DNA of 64,000 bases from an uncultured Candidatus Saccharibacteria bacterium (GTDB lineage: Bacteria; Patescibacteriota; Minisyncoccia; JBAYJV01). Of the stretch, positions 39,196 through 49,786 are shown piece after piece. The notes under the pieces are model-generated. The model was not told the origin of the DNA and ran no database searches. It was given only the letters and a program-made list of their open reading frames with translations. Position numbers and translations under genes: made by a program. The number at the start of each line of letters is the position of its first letter. The first letter of the stretch is position 1. The stretch is taken from contig CAZNYQ010000013.1 of assembly GCA_964577395.1 (NCBI GenBank), positions 6,409-70,408 of the forward strand. The letters run 5' to 3'.

Positions 39196-40533
39196 GTGCC
39201 TAAAAGTCAGTTAAATTTTAAATACTTAAGTTTCTTGGGAGGGTTATTATTAGTTTTTGGACTAATAGTTTTTACTAATTTACCTTTCTTAAAGAGTATA
39301 GTTTTAATAAGCTTTTTTCTTACAACAGTTCTTCTTTTTTTAAAGCCCCTCGGAGGGCTTTTTTTACTTCTTTTTTTAAGGCCTGCTATTGATAGAGTGG
39401 GGACAGGAGAATTTTTAAAAATAGGTAATTTATCTTTAAACTATAATGCTATTTTAGGTCTTATTACTCTTTTCTGGGGGAGTGTTATGATTTTTAAATA
39501 TCGCCATCAATTTCGAAAAATTCCCTCTAAGGTTTGGATTGTCACTTTTCTTGTTATAAGTTTATTAAGTCTTATTTTTGCCCCTGGCTTTCAAATTGGC
39601 CTAGAAGAGCTTGTAAGAATTAGCAGTATTTTCATTCTTTATGCAGTAGCCTTTCTTTTGATAAATTCCAGAAAGCAGTTTAAAAAACTTTTAACTGTTT
39701 TTCTCACTTCTGCTTTCTTGCCAGTATTTTCTGCTTTACGGCAATATCTGACAGATCAAGGAGAAGTAGTCTATGGTGAGTTTTTTAAACGTTTTTTTGG
39801 AACCTTCTTTCATCCCAATAGCTTAGCTTTCTTTTTAGTGTTTTTAATAGCCCTTTTATTATTCTCGGCCAAACAGCAAAGAGAAAAGTCACCAGCGCAA
39901 TTTTTTTATTTAATATTGAGTTTATTAACTTTTCTAGTTTTGCTAGGGACTTATACTCGAGGAGCTTGGTTAGGAGCTTTAATTATTTTTATCGCTTTCA
40001 GTATTTATGGCTTTAAAAGATTTACTCTTGGTTTCGCATTAATTATTTTTTTGTTTTATTTAATAATTCCCACCCTTCAAGAACGTATTAATGATATTAT
40101 AAGACTAGAACCTTTTAGTTCATTAATGTGGCGTTTTCGGCTTTGGCAAGATATGTTACCGCAATTTCTAAGTAATCCTTTGTTTGGTCATGGACTTATG
40201 TCTTTTCGCTATTTATCAGAGAATTTACAAGGCCTACGAACTTTGCCTGCTCCCGAAGCTCATAATGATTATTTAAGGCTAGCTATAGAAGTAGGTATCA
40301 TTGGTATGTTGGGGTACTTACTAATTTATTTAAGATTAGTTATCTTTTATCTCAAGAAATATCTTAAGACCAAAGATAGCTTCTTAAAAGATATTGCTTT
40401 TGTGTCTTTGTTATTGTTATTTACTTTTATGATAATGGCATTAGGAGACAATATCTTAAGAGGCACGGCTACGCAATGGGCATTGTTTAGTTTTCTTGGA
40501 GCTACCACGTCTTTGTTTATAAAACATAAGTAG
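39196..40533 (+). CDS. O-antigen ligase / Wzy_C family polytopic membrane protein
   Basis: About 10 TM helices, YTRGAWLGALIIF, and the periplasmic-loop motif PEAHNDYLRLAIEVGIIG (H-N-x-Y-L ... G-x-x-G). Confidence 0.7.
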   Translation: MPKSQLNFKYLSFLGGLLLVFGLIVFTNLPFLKSIVLISFFLTTVLLFLKPLGGLFLLLFLRPAIDRVGTGEFLKIGNLSLNYNAILGLITLFWGSVMIFKYRHQFRKIPSKVWIVTFLVISLLSLIFAPGFQIGLEELVRISSIFILYAVAFLLINSRKQFKKLLTVFLTSAFLPVFSALRQYLTDQGEVVYGEFFKRFFGTFFHPNSLAFFLVFLIALLLFSAKQQREKSPAQFFYLILSLLTFLVLLGTYTRGAWLGALIIFIAFSIYGFKRFTLGFALIIFLFYLIIPTLQERINDIIRLEPFSSLMWRFRLWQDMLPQFLSNPLFGHGLMSFRYLSENLQGLRTLPAPEAHNDYLRLAIEVGIIGMLGYLLIYLRLVIFYLKKYLKTKDSFLKDIAFVSLLLLFTFMIMALGDNILRGTATQWALFSFLGATTSLFIKHK

Positions 40534-40559
40534 CTTGCTCAAGAGAAAAAGGAAGACAG

Positions 40560-40600
40560 GAAGAGGACAGCTCCTCCTCCTGCCTTTTTATTGTGATCTC
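40560..40600. terminator. bidirectional GC-rich hairpin terminator between convergent genes
   Basis: CAGGAAGAGGA-cagc-TCCTCCTCCTG followed by TTTTT. Confidence 0.55.
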
Positions 40601-41201
40601 AGTCTTTCGACCAAAAATTAACGTAAAATTCACCAGCTCCGTAGCTATCTCCTCTTGCATATTCATCGCATCGCTTTATTTCCGACGGGATGAAGTAGAT
40701 GATCTCGCCATGAGGAGTAATAATAAAGATATTTCCCTCAAGGATGCCTTTGTTCAGCGGAATTCCGTGGATAATGATATATTTATCAACTGTTTCATCA
40801 TCCAGATCCCATTCTGCCCAGTAATGTTCGTTGTGGGGCATCCATTCTGTCTCTTCGATTTCTCGGTCATGGTTTAAATCCCATCCCCATCCTGTAACGT
40901 CTGAACCAAAGTAGATGTTCCAGACACCGAACTGAACGCAGGATTGAGTGATAACATTTTCCCAGACTGTGCAACAACCATTCTCGTCCTTGCCATTCCA
41001 TCCTTGCTTAAGTTCAAGGAAAATGTCAACCGCAGAAGCTCTTCCTTGATCATTCCAAGCTGTTACTTCTATTTTCGTGATAGCACCAAGCCATTCATCG
41101 TCAGTTTGGCAACTAAAGCAATCTTGAGCTTGAGAGAAAGCACTCAAGCTTAAAATGCTAACAACTGACATCACTACCATTAACGTAAAGAACTTTTTCA
41201 T
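40599..41201 (-). CDS. secreted Cys-rich hypothetical protein encoded in a GC-rich (~43-45%) compositional island
   Basis: Signal peptide MKKFFTLMVVMSVVSILSLSAFSQA, 9 Cys, Trp/Asp/Glu-rich. Its codon usage is visibly GC-richer than every neighbour. Confidence 0.5.
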   Translation of the reverse strand: MKKFFTLMVVMSVVSILSLSAFSQAQDCFSCQTDDEWLGAITKIEVTAWNDQGRASAVDIFLELKQGWNGKDENGCCTVWENVITQSCVQFGVWNIYFGSDVTGWGWDLNHDREIEETEWMPHNEHYWAEWDLDDETVDKYIIIHGIPLNKGILEGNIFIITPHGEIIYFIPSEIKRCDEYARGDSYGAGEFYVNFWSKD

Positions 41202-41280
41202 AGTTCTCCTCCTTTTTATTTTGTCTGGCCAATAATTTGACCGCTAAACAAAAGAAATATTCTTTTGCTTAGCGCTCCTA

Positions 41281-42036
41281 TTATTGGAGCGTAGGGAGAT
41301 TTGAAGGAGCGCTTACTTTTTTAATAAAAGGTTGCTCGCTCTTGTAATTTTTCTTGCTAAGATATTTTTTTTGCTTTCCTTTTTTTTGTTTAATTTGAGC
41401 TGTTTCTTTTTCTGCAAAGCTGATTTTTTTATCGGGAAAAGCAACAACTAATCCAATACTTGCTAATAATCCTATAATAAAACCAATGAAAGTATTAAGT
41501 AAAGCATTAGGTTTAACAAATTTTTCACTTACAACAGGATTACCTAAAGAAACGATATCAAGTTGCTCTTCACTACCTAAAAAAGTGGGGTAGTTTTTTT
41601 GAACATTCCGTTTAATTGATTGGCTGATTTCTAAAACTTGTCTTTGATCAGTATGGAAAGCAGATATTTTCAAAATACCAGTATTAGCTAATGTTTCAAC
41701 TTCCACTAATTTACGCCATTTTTTTAATTGGTCTTCTATATTTTCTCCAAAGTATTCATTTTGAATACTTGGATTATAATTAGCTACTTCAGAGAAGAAA
41801 GCAGGCGAAGTGATAATTTGCTTTAAGGTATATGCAAGCTGCTCTGATCCCTTAATAGCAGTATAGGCATCTAAATTAGTGCGTTGTTTTTGAACAATTA
41901 AGAGTTCATTGGTAGCTCTATAATAATGGGGAAGAAAGAAGTTAATATACAACCCGATAGTTCCAGCAATGATTGTTATAATCACAATTGCTTCCCATTT
42001 ATTTTTTAAACTTTTCAAGAAATTTTTATAGTTCAT
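41281..42036 (-). CDS. Wzz-like polysaccharide co-polymerase (chain-length determinant) family protein
   Basis: N-terminal TM (AIVIITIIAGTIGLYINFF), a ~170-aa periplasmic segment, a C-terminal TM (FIGFIIGLLASIGLVVAF) and a basic tail. This is the PCP-1 topology. Confidence 0.6.
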   Translation of the reverse strand: MNYKNFLKSLKNKWEAIVIITIIAGTIGLYINFFLPHYYRATNELLIVQKQRTNLDAYTAIKGSEQLAYTLKQIITSPAFFSEVANYNPSIQNEYFGENIEDQLKKWRKLVEVETLANTGILKISAFHTDQRQVLEISQSIKRNVQKNYPTFLGSEEQLDIVSLGNPVVSEKFVKPNALLNTFIGFIIGLLASIGLVVAFPDKKISFAEKETAQIKQKKGKQKKYLSKKNYKSEQPFIKKVSAPSNLPTLQ

Positions 42037-42177
42037 AAGTTTATTTTTAATTTTCCTTATACTAGCATAAAGTTATTATCTTGTCAAGCTTTTAAGAGGT
42101 AAATTAGTATTAAGGTAAAAATATCTCTTTTCAAATATCTTGACAAGTTTATAAAATGCGTTAAGATGAAATTAGAT

Positions 42178-42204
42178 TTAGCAGACTCAACATGAGAGTG
42201 CTAA
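42178..42204 (+). promoter_or_regulatory. CIRCE-like HrcA operator upstream of groES
   Basis: TTAGCAGACTC-aacatga-GAGTGCTAA versus the consensus TTAGCACTC-N9-GAGTGCTAA. The right half is perfect and the left half has a 2-nt insertion. A TTGACA -35 element lies at 42141-42146. Confidence 0.6.
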
Positions 42205-42232
42205 TTATTTTAATCTGTGTTAAAAAACTTTT

Positions 42233-42523
42233 ATGAATATCAAACCTTTATCAGACCGAGTTTTAATTGAGCCTATTGCCCAAGAAGACAAAACAAAAAC
42301 TGGTATTGTTTTACCAGACACTGCTGAAAAAGAAAGACCGGAGCAGGGTAAAATTGTTGCCGTTGGTCCAGGCAAACTTCTTGAAAATGGTAAAAGACAA
42401 ACCATCGATGTTAAAAAAGGCAATAAAGTAATTTTCTCTAAATTTGGACCCTCTGAAATTAAAATTGATGGTAAGGAATATTTAATTGCTCGAACTGATG
42501 ATATTCTTGCAATTATTGGATAA
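42233..42523 (+). CDS. groES: co-chaperonin GroES
   Basis: IKPLSDRVLIEPIAQEDKTKTGIVLPDTA...GKIVAVGPGK, 96 aa. Confidence 0.9.
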   Translation: MNIKPLSDRVLIEPIAQEDKTKTGIVLPDTAEKERPEQGKIVAVGPGKLLENGKRQTIDVKKGNKVIFSKFGPSEIKIDGKEYLIARTDDILAIIG

Positions 42524-42549
42524 TATTAATTTGTAATCTATATATATAA

Positions 42550-44199
<1,650 letters not shown>

Positions 44200-44216
44200 A
44201 AACAGCCCAATAAAAA

Positions 44217-44247
44217 TAAAAAGCAGGAGAATTTTCTCCTGCTTTTT
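44217..44247. terminator. bidirectional intrinsic terminator after groEL
   Basis: aaaaGCAGGAGAAttttcTCCTGCtttt. Confidence 0.7.
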
Positions 44248-44272
44248 AGTGTTTTTAAACTATTTTTAACTT

Positions 44273-47254
44273 TTAAGGGACGTTAATATTTTTAGTGACT
44301 TTTTGGGTAACTGTTGGCCAGTGAAAGTTTAAAATATCAATATTTAGAATGAAACGGCATTTAGCATAAACTGATTTGGATCCGCCACTTGAAAATGTAT
44401 GATTTAAACCGCCTGGCTTTGATGCTGGATAGAGGGACTCTTTCTCTGAGCCATCCTTCCAATCAATTTTATTACTAGTAGGCATATCTAATCTTAATTT
44501 TGTTCCTCGATAAGCGATCGGGCCGATTTTAAAATAAATACCTTTGATAATTGGTTCTCCTAAAATACTGATATATATATTAGGAACACTACAGATGCCT
44601 ATAGAAGCAGGTTTAATATTCTCATCATATATCTTTACAGTATGAGGGGATGAATCTACGGCTTGAGCGTTAAGATTTCCCACACTACAATCTTCCCAAT
44701 TATTGCCATTTAATAAAGTACATACAGCTGATACGAGATCGGTAGGACAAGCAAAATTACCGCTTATATCAACCTCAATAACCAACTTCTTAATAATATT
44801 CATTAAATCAAGATGAATAATATCTTGAGCTAGATGCTGGTTTACGACAATTTTAAAGAAACGATGCAATATATCGTAGCGAATACCTGTTAATTTTTCT
44901 CCTTTCTTAGCTGCGAATTCAATAATTAGTTCTTCAACCCTATCTAAAGCATAGCTTTGTAATTCCTCAAAAGAAATATTTTTGGTTTCACTTAAAAATC
45001 TTGCAAAACTAGCTATTTCTGCTACTAATTCCGGATCTATACCTAAAGTTTCTTGTATGTAGGGAGCTAAAACATCTTGAACAATTCTTGTTATTATTTG
45101 TTTTCCACGAGAGATCAGGTAGGATTCAAAAGAGCTAATAAACTGATTTACATCAAACTCTAGAAAGATATTTAGGTCTTTGCCTTGCGCATTAATAGTA
45201 TAGTTGATGAAGTCTAGAACATATTTTGCTAATTCTGGACTGATTTTAAAATTTTCCTCTAAAACAGTTGTGATTTTAACGCTTAGAAAGTCAACCGCTT
45301 CTTCGATGAATTGTTGGCTATCAACATCTATGTCAATTCCTGCCTCGTCGAGCAGAATACTAATGCCATGACTTTCAATCTCAATAGATAGGTCTGATAT
45401 GTCGTAACCTTTGTCAAAAAGAAGAAATTTAATAAACTGAATTGTTTTTTCGATAATTCTGCTGTCAACTGCTTTTTGCACGAGCTCGCCGTCTATTTCT
45501 ACATCTATTTCTATGATGTCTAATAATTTATTAGCTGTTTGAGCTGCAAGGTCATAAGCGACGCTCCTTATAATGTCAAGGCCTTTTTGAAGAGTAATCC
45601 CGTGAGCTTGAACGTAGCTTTTCCAAAGTTCTTCTAGGCTAGATTTATTTTTTTGAATAATTTCTTGCAAACTTAGTCCTTTATTCTGGATCAAGAATTT
45701 TATAAAATTCTTGATATCATTTATTTGTTGATCATTTAAATTATATTCATCCTTAAGCTTTTGTATCTCTGTGGCAGCAAGAGAAGTCAGGGCTTCAATA
45801 ATTTGCTGTTGACTCGCTTCGCTCTCAAGATTTAATCCAGCTGATATTAAGTTTATTAATTTTTGAGCTTTTAGGATTTTTTTAATTAAAGGCGAGGAAT
45901 GTTGCTTGACATAACCATTCCACAATAGGTCAAACCATGCTTCTACATCAGAAGAGTCAGGGAGAGAGCCTCTTTCTATGCCTTGTTCGGCAAGAAAAGC
46001 AATAAAATTACCAATTTCTTGAGCTGTCCCTGTCTCAATATTAAGTTCAATTGCAAATTTTATAATAAATTCTTTAATAACTTGGGGAGCGACTTCTTTA
46101 ATTCCGTTAATGCCTGCGTTAACAAATTTATCAATGTTATCAGTAAAAAATTCGGGATCATTAATAGCTTGAATTGGATCTATTCCTTGAGATTGAAGCC
46201 AAAAATAAAAGTCAGCTAGAGCTTGCATATTTTTAGCTATATCTTCTCCAAAAAGGCCCACTATGACTTCACCGGTAAATTCTTCTGCAAAACCAGCGAG
46301 AAGATTACTTAACATTGAAGCAGTAATATTACACAAATCCCAACGTAAAGCATCTTTTTGTTCTTCACTCTCTGGAGCTTTTTTCCATCCTTCTTTTTCA
46401 GTACAAATATATTGAGGATCTGTAGGGTTATAATCACTTGGAGCTATATCTTCATGTACATTACCGCATTGCCATTCATAGTAGCCAGCATTATTTTTCT
46501 GACAGGTGGCTTCATCATAATAGCGACAATAAATTCCTTCTTCTTTTTCAATGACACGGGCTTCATCGCATGTATCTGAAGGCGCTCCTTGAGATAAGTA
46601 ACAATTAAAAGAGCTATCAACGTTTATTAAATCTTCTAAAAGATTATCAAAACTAATAATTGGTTCTGTGATATGGCAATCACTCTCAACTTTTACCCAA
46701 TAACCCTTAAAAGCTTCAAGATTTGCCCTAGGAGAAGTGAGATGATAATCATTACCAGAAGCTTCAAATAACCAATCAATTTTTAAATTACAGTTTCCCT
46801 TCAATTGTGCCCAGTTATAATTAGCGGTAGAGGCTATTAAATTCCATCCCGCTTCCAATTCTGTACTAAAGCCTCCTTCAGGAGGCATCTCTGCTTCACC
46901 CGAAGACCCAACCTCTAATTCACAATCATTAATTACCCTTACCCAGTAAGCTTTTAATGGTTTTAGAGCATCTCCGGCTTTACGATATTTATATAAATTA
47001 GGACTCCATTCCCAAGGACCTGAATCAATTTCACAGCCAGCTAGATATTCTGAACTTAATATTTCATCAGATACAGAGATGAGATTCCATCCCTTTTTAA
47101 GAGATACATTGCCCTGAGGAGCAAGCTCCATTTCTATTCCAGCTTGAGCTTTCTTAGGACTTAAAAAAGATCCTAAATAGACAAAACCAGTTTGCGTTAA
47201 AGTAAATGTTATAAGGACTATTGTAATTATTGTTTTTTTAAAAAACTTCTTCAT
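44273..47254 (-). CDS. very large (993 aa) signal-anchored surface protein with internal repeats, function unknown
   Basis: Signal/TM MKKFFKKTIITIVLITFTLT...AQA. Two tandem ~65-aa N-terminal repeats (GWNLIS...LKPLKAYWVRVINDCE / GWNLIA...LEAFKGYWVKVESDCH). The helical middle region carries recurring F-x-x-FL-x-x-KG-x-x-(F/L)-(E/Q)-E-(L/I) units. Confidence 0.6.
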   Translation of the reverse strand: MKKFFKKTIITIVLITFTLTQTGFVYLGSFLSPKKAQAGIEMELAPQGNVSLKKGWNLISVSDEILSSEYLAGCEIDSGPWEWSPNLYKYRKAGDALKPLKAYWVRVINDCELEVGSSGEAEMPPEGGFSTELEAGWNLIASTANYNWAQLKGNCNLKIDWLFEASGNDYHLTSPRANLEAFKGYWVKVESDCHITEPIISFDNLLEDLINVDSSFNCYLSQGAPSDTCDEARVIEKEEGIYCRYYDEATCQKNNAGYYEWQCGNVHEDIAPSDYNPTDPQYICTEKEGWKKAPESEEQKDALRWDLCNITASMLSNLLAGFAEEFTGEVIVGLFGEDIAKNMQALADFYFWLQSQGIDPIQAINDPEFFTDNIDKFVNAGINGIKEVAPQVIKEFIIKFAIELNIETGTAQEIGNFIAFLAEQGIERGSLPDSSDVEAWFDLLWNGYVKQHSSPLIKKILKAQKLINLISAGLNLESEASQQQIIEALTSLAATEIQKLKDEYNLNDQQINDIKNFIKFLIQNKGLSLQEIIQKNKSSLEELWKSYVQAHGITLQKGLDIIRSVAYDLAAQTANKLLDIIEIDVEIDGELVQKAVDSRIIEKTIQFIKFLLFDKGYDISDLSIEIESHGISILLDEAGIDIDVDSQQFIEEAVDFLSVKITTVLEENFKISPELAKYVLDFINYTINAQGKDLNIFLEFDVNQFISSFESYLISRGKQIITRIVQDVLAPYIQETLGIDPELVAEIASFARFLSETKNISFEELQSYALDRVEELIIEFAAKKGEKLTGIRYDILHRFFKIVVNQHLAQDIIHLDLMNIIKKLVIEVDISGNFACPTDLVSAVCTLLNGNNWEDCSVGNLNAQAVDSSPHTVKIYDENIKPASIGICSVPNIYISILGEPIIKGIYFKIGPIAYRGTKLRLDMPTSNKIDWKDGSEKESLYPASKPGGLNHTFSSGGSKSVYAKCRFILNIDILNFHWPTVTQKVTKNINVP

Positions 47255-47312
47255 AATAGTATAATAATTATTAATTAATATTTTATTATATCACTAAAGT
47301 GTTTATGTTAAT

Positions 47313-47321
47313 TGTGGATAA
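47313..47321 (-). promoter_or_regulatory. perfect DnaA box (TGTGGATAA = TTATCCACA on the minus strand), 7 nt upstream of the rsmA start
   Basis: Exact 9-mer. It is the third perfect box in the window and, like the others, is intergenic. Confidence 0.35.
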
Positions 47322-47327
47322 CAATAG

Positions 47328-48164
47328 ATGAGAAAACGATATATTCAAGAAATTTTAAATAGGTACGATAAAAGACCTATAAAAAGCATGGGGCAAAATT
47401 TTCTTCTTTCACAGAATGCTCTAAGTGAAATTTTAACTTTAGCAGATATAAAAACAAATGATGTGGTCGTAGAGATTGGGGCGGGAACAGGTGTTTTAAC
47501 AAAACAATTAGCTAAACTATCGGAACGAATTATAGCTATTGAAAAAGACGAAAAATTAACTTTAATACTGAAAGACCATTTTCACAATTTTGATAATGTT
47601 AAAATTGTCCAGGGGGATATCAGAAAAATAATTTCTTTCCAAAAAAATGACATACTAGACAATATTTCACGTTATAAAGTAATTGCTAATTTACCATATT
47701 ATCTAAGTAGTTTTGTAATAAGAAAATTTTTAGAAAGGAAGAATAAACCTGATTTAATAGTATTAATGCTTCAGAAGGAGTTAGTTGATAGAATTTGTGC
47801 TATTCCTGGCGCAATGAGTCTTTTATCTATTATGGTGCAATTGTATGCTACACCGCAAAAAGGATCGATCGTGAAGAAGAATAATTTTTATCCTAAACCT
47901 AAGGTAGATTCGCGCATTCTTTTAATTAAAAATATTAAACAAAAAATTAATTTTGACACTGAAACTTTTTTTAAAATCGTGAAAATAGCTTTTTCTTGTA
48001 AAAGAAAGAAATTAATTAATAATTTAGATAAAAACTTATTGATTAAACGTGATATTTTGATAGATATATTAAAAAAGATGGAGGTTGATGAGAATATTCG
48101 AGCCCAGGAGCTGTCAATCGAGCAATGGAAAGAGTTATATTCTCTTTTAAGAAAGTATTTATAA
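47328..48164 (+). CDS. rsmA: 16S rRNA (adenine1518/1519-N6)-dimethyltransferase RsmA/KsgA
   Basis: GQNFLLSQN, then the SAM motif VVEIGAGTGVLT, then the NLPY motif ANLPYYLSS. Confidence 0.85.
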   Translation: MRKRYIQEILNRYDKRPIKSMGQNFLLSQNALSEILTLADIKTNDVVVEIGAGTGVLTKQLAKLSERIIAIEKDEKLTLILKDHFHNFDNVKIVQGDIRKIISFQKNDILDNISRYKVIANLPYYLSSFVIRKFLERKNKPDLIVLMLQKELVDRICAIPGAMSLLSIMVQLYATPQKGSIVKKNNFYPKPKVDSRILLIKNIKQKINFDTETFFKIVKIAFSCKRKKLINNLDKNLLIKRDILIDILKKMEVDENIRAQELSIEQWKELYSLLRKYL

Positions 48165-48228
48165 AATAAGCACTTATCCCCAATTTTAACAGTTTAAATT
48201 AGGGTTTTTTTTGTTATAATAAAAAGCA

Positions 48229-49080
48229 ATGAAACGGAAAATTCTCTTCCTAATTTTTATTGTTGGAGGCGCTTTGTTATTAACGAATTTTTATTATTTA
48301 TCAAAGAATGATCAAGGTGCTTCTTTGCAAGATATTCAAAATTCCAATAATGAGACTGGTTTTATTTATTCTTTTTATAAAGATGATGATCTAGATGATT
48401 TATCAAATGCAAAAGAGAAAATTTATGGTTCTTTATACAATAAATCCGATACTGATAGTGATGGTTATTTAGATGGAGAAGAAGTTATGAATGGGTATGA
48501 TCCCATCAAAGCAGGTTCATATAAGTTAAGGGATCGCGATTATTTAAGTTTAAGCATTCAATATTTTATGTGGATGAGAGAAGTGAAAAATATAGATGAT
48601 CCTCAAATAAAGGAACGGTCTTTGGATGAATTTTTCAAACAAAATCCTCAATTTATGAAATTAGAAGAGATCAATGAACAAGAAATCTATCTTATTTCAG
48701 AAGATGATAAAGAAACCGTGGCACGGTATTTATCAGCTATAGAAAAAGTCGGGATACCAGAAGGTGTGGCAAGCTATCAGGAAATAGCTAGTAATTATAG
48801 CGAAGAAAGCAAAGAGCTCTTAAATGATATCCTAGATAAGCTTGAGCTTTCTTATCTAGATTTTCAAGCCATTGAGACGCCTTTATGCGCTAAGAAGATT
48901 CAAAAGAATTATTTAACGATTCTTAAAGAATTTTCAAGCTATTTTCAAGATCTCCAGTATTACCAAGAAGATCCTGTTCAGATTAATCTTAATACTTTGA
49001 AGGCTTCACAGCTTATTGATTTAGCTGAAGAAGCAGAGCGTTTAAAATTAGAATTATATAATAATTACGATATTAGATAA
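48229..49080 (+). CDS. hypothetical N-terminally anchored protein with Ca-binding-like DxDxDG motif
   Basis: N-terminal TM. DTDSDGYLDGEEVMNGYDP resembles thrombospondin-type-3 / dockerin-like calcium loops. It is the first gene of a long co-directional cluster. Confidence 0.45.
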   Translation: MKRKILFLIFIVGGALLLTNFYYLSKNDQGASLQDIQNSNNETGFIYSFYKDDDLDDLSNAKEKIYGSLYNKSDTDSDGYLDGEEVMNGYDPIKAGSYKLRDRDYLSLSIQYFMWMREVKNIDDPQIKERSLDEFFKQNPQFMKLEEINEQEIYLISEDDKETVARYLSAIEKVGIPEGVASYQEIASNYSEESKELLNDILDKLELSYLDFQAIETPLCAKKIQKNYLTILKEFSSYFQDLQYYQEDPVQINLNTLKASQLIDLAEEAERLKLELYNNYDIR

Positions 49081-49081
49081 T

Positions 49082-49786
49082 ATGTCTCGTGTTAAAAAAT
49101 ATATTTTGGGTTTATTGATTCTTGTCATTATTTTTGTAATTTCAGTTGTTGTTTTTGTAGAAAGAGATCAAGAAGGTAAGCTTAAATTTTCTCTTACAGG
49201 CAGCCAAACTAATATTATTTCAGATAATTTTAATGAGGTTATTCAACAAGAACTTACCCTAGATGATATAAATTGGTCTGATGCATATAATAAAGTGCTT
49301 AAACAGAAATATTCTAAAGATAACTTAAATCAAAAAGAGATTGAAATTTCTAGCGGTGCCTCTAAAATTTCTGAAGAAGAAGCTGAGATGGATGAAGATA
49401 ATAAAGAAATAATTTTTCAAAAGTTCGTTAATTATTTAAATAATTCAGAGACAAAACTTGATGAAAATAAGAATCCCTTTCAATTAGCTTTAAATTACCG
49501 AGACGAGGGAAGACCAGAGAAAATTGATGGTTTAATATCTTTTTATGATTCAAAGGTCACTAGTCTTGAGAAAGTAACGCCTCCAGAAGAAGTTTTAGGA
49601 TATCACTTGGTCAAATTAAGACTTTTAAGAGAAATTAAGCTTGCAGTCAGTAAAATTAAAACTTCTTCTCAGGAAATGCCCCTTAAAGAAGTTTTATCCG
49701 AAGAGGAGATTAATTATTTGGCGAGACTTGATTTAATTTTAAAACAATATTTAGTATATTTTTTCCATGACAGAACAAAGGCTTAA
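49082..49786 (+). CDS. hypothetical N-terminally anchored protein
   Basis: Start lies 2 nt after the upstream stop. One N-terminal TM helix and no recognisable motif. Confidence 0.4.
   Translation: MSRVKKYILGLLILVIIFVISVVVFVERDQEGKLKFSLTGSQTNIISDNFNEVIQQELTLDDINWSDAYNKVLKQKYSKDNLNQKEIEISSGASKISEEEAEMDEDNKEIIFQKFVNYLNNSETKLDENKNPFQLALNYRDEGRPEKIDGLISFYDSKVTSLEKVTPPEEVLGYHLVKLRLLREIKLAVSKIKTSSQEMPLKEVLSEEEINYLARLDLILKQYLVYFFHDRTKA

Noticed and set aside
40593-40877. Plus-strand 94-aa ORF overlapping the GC-rich secreted-protein gene
   Set aside because: It overlaps antisense to an ORF with a clean signal peptide and stop-to-terminator geometry. The minus-strand gene is far more plausible.
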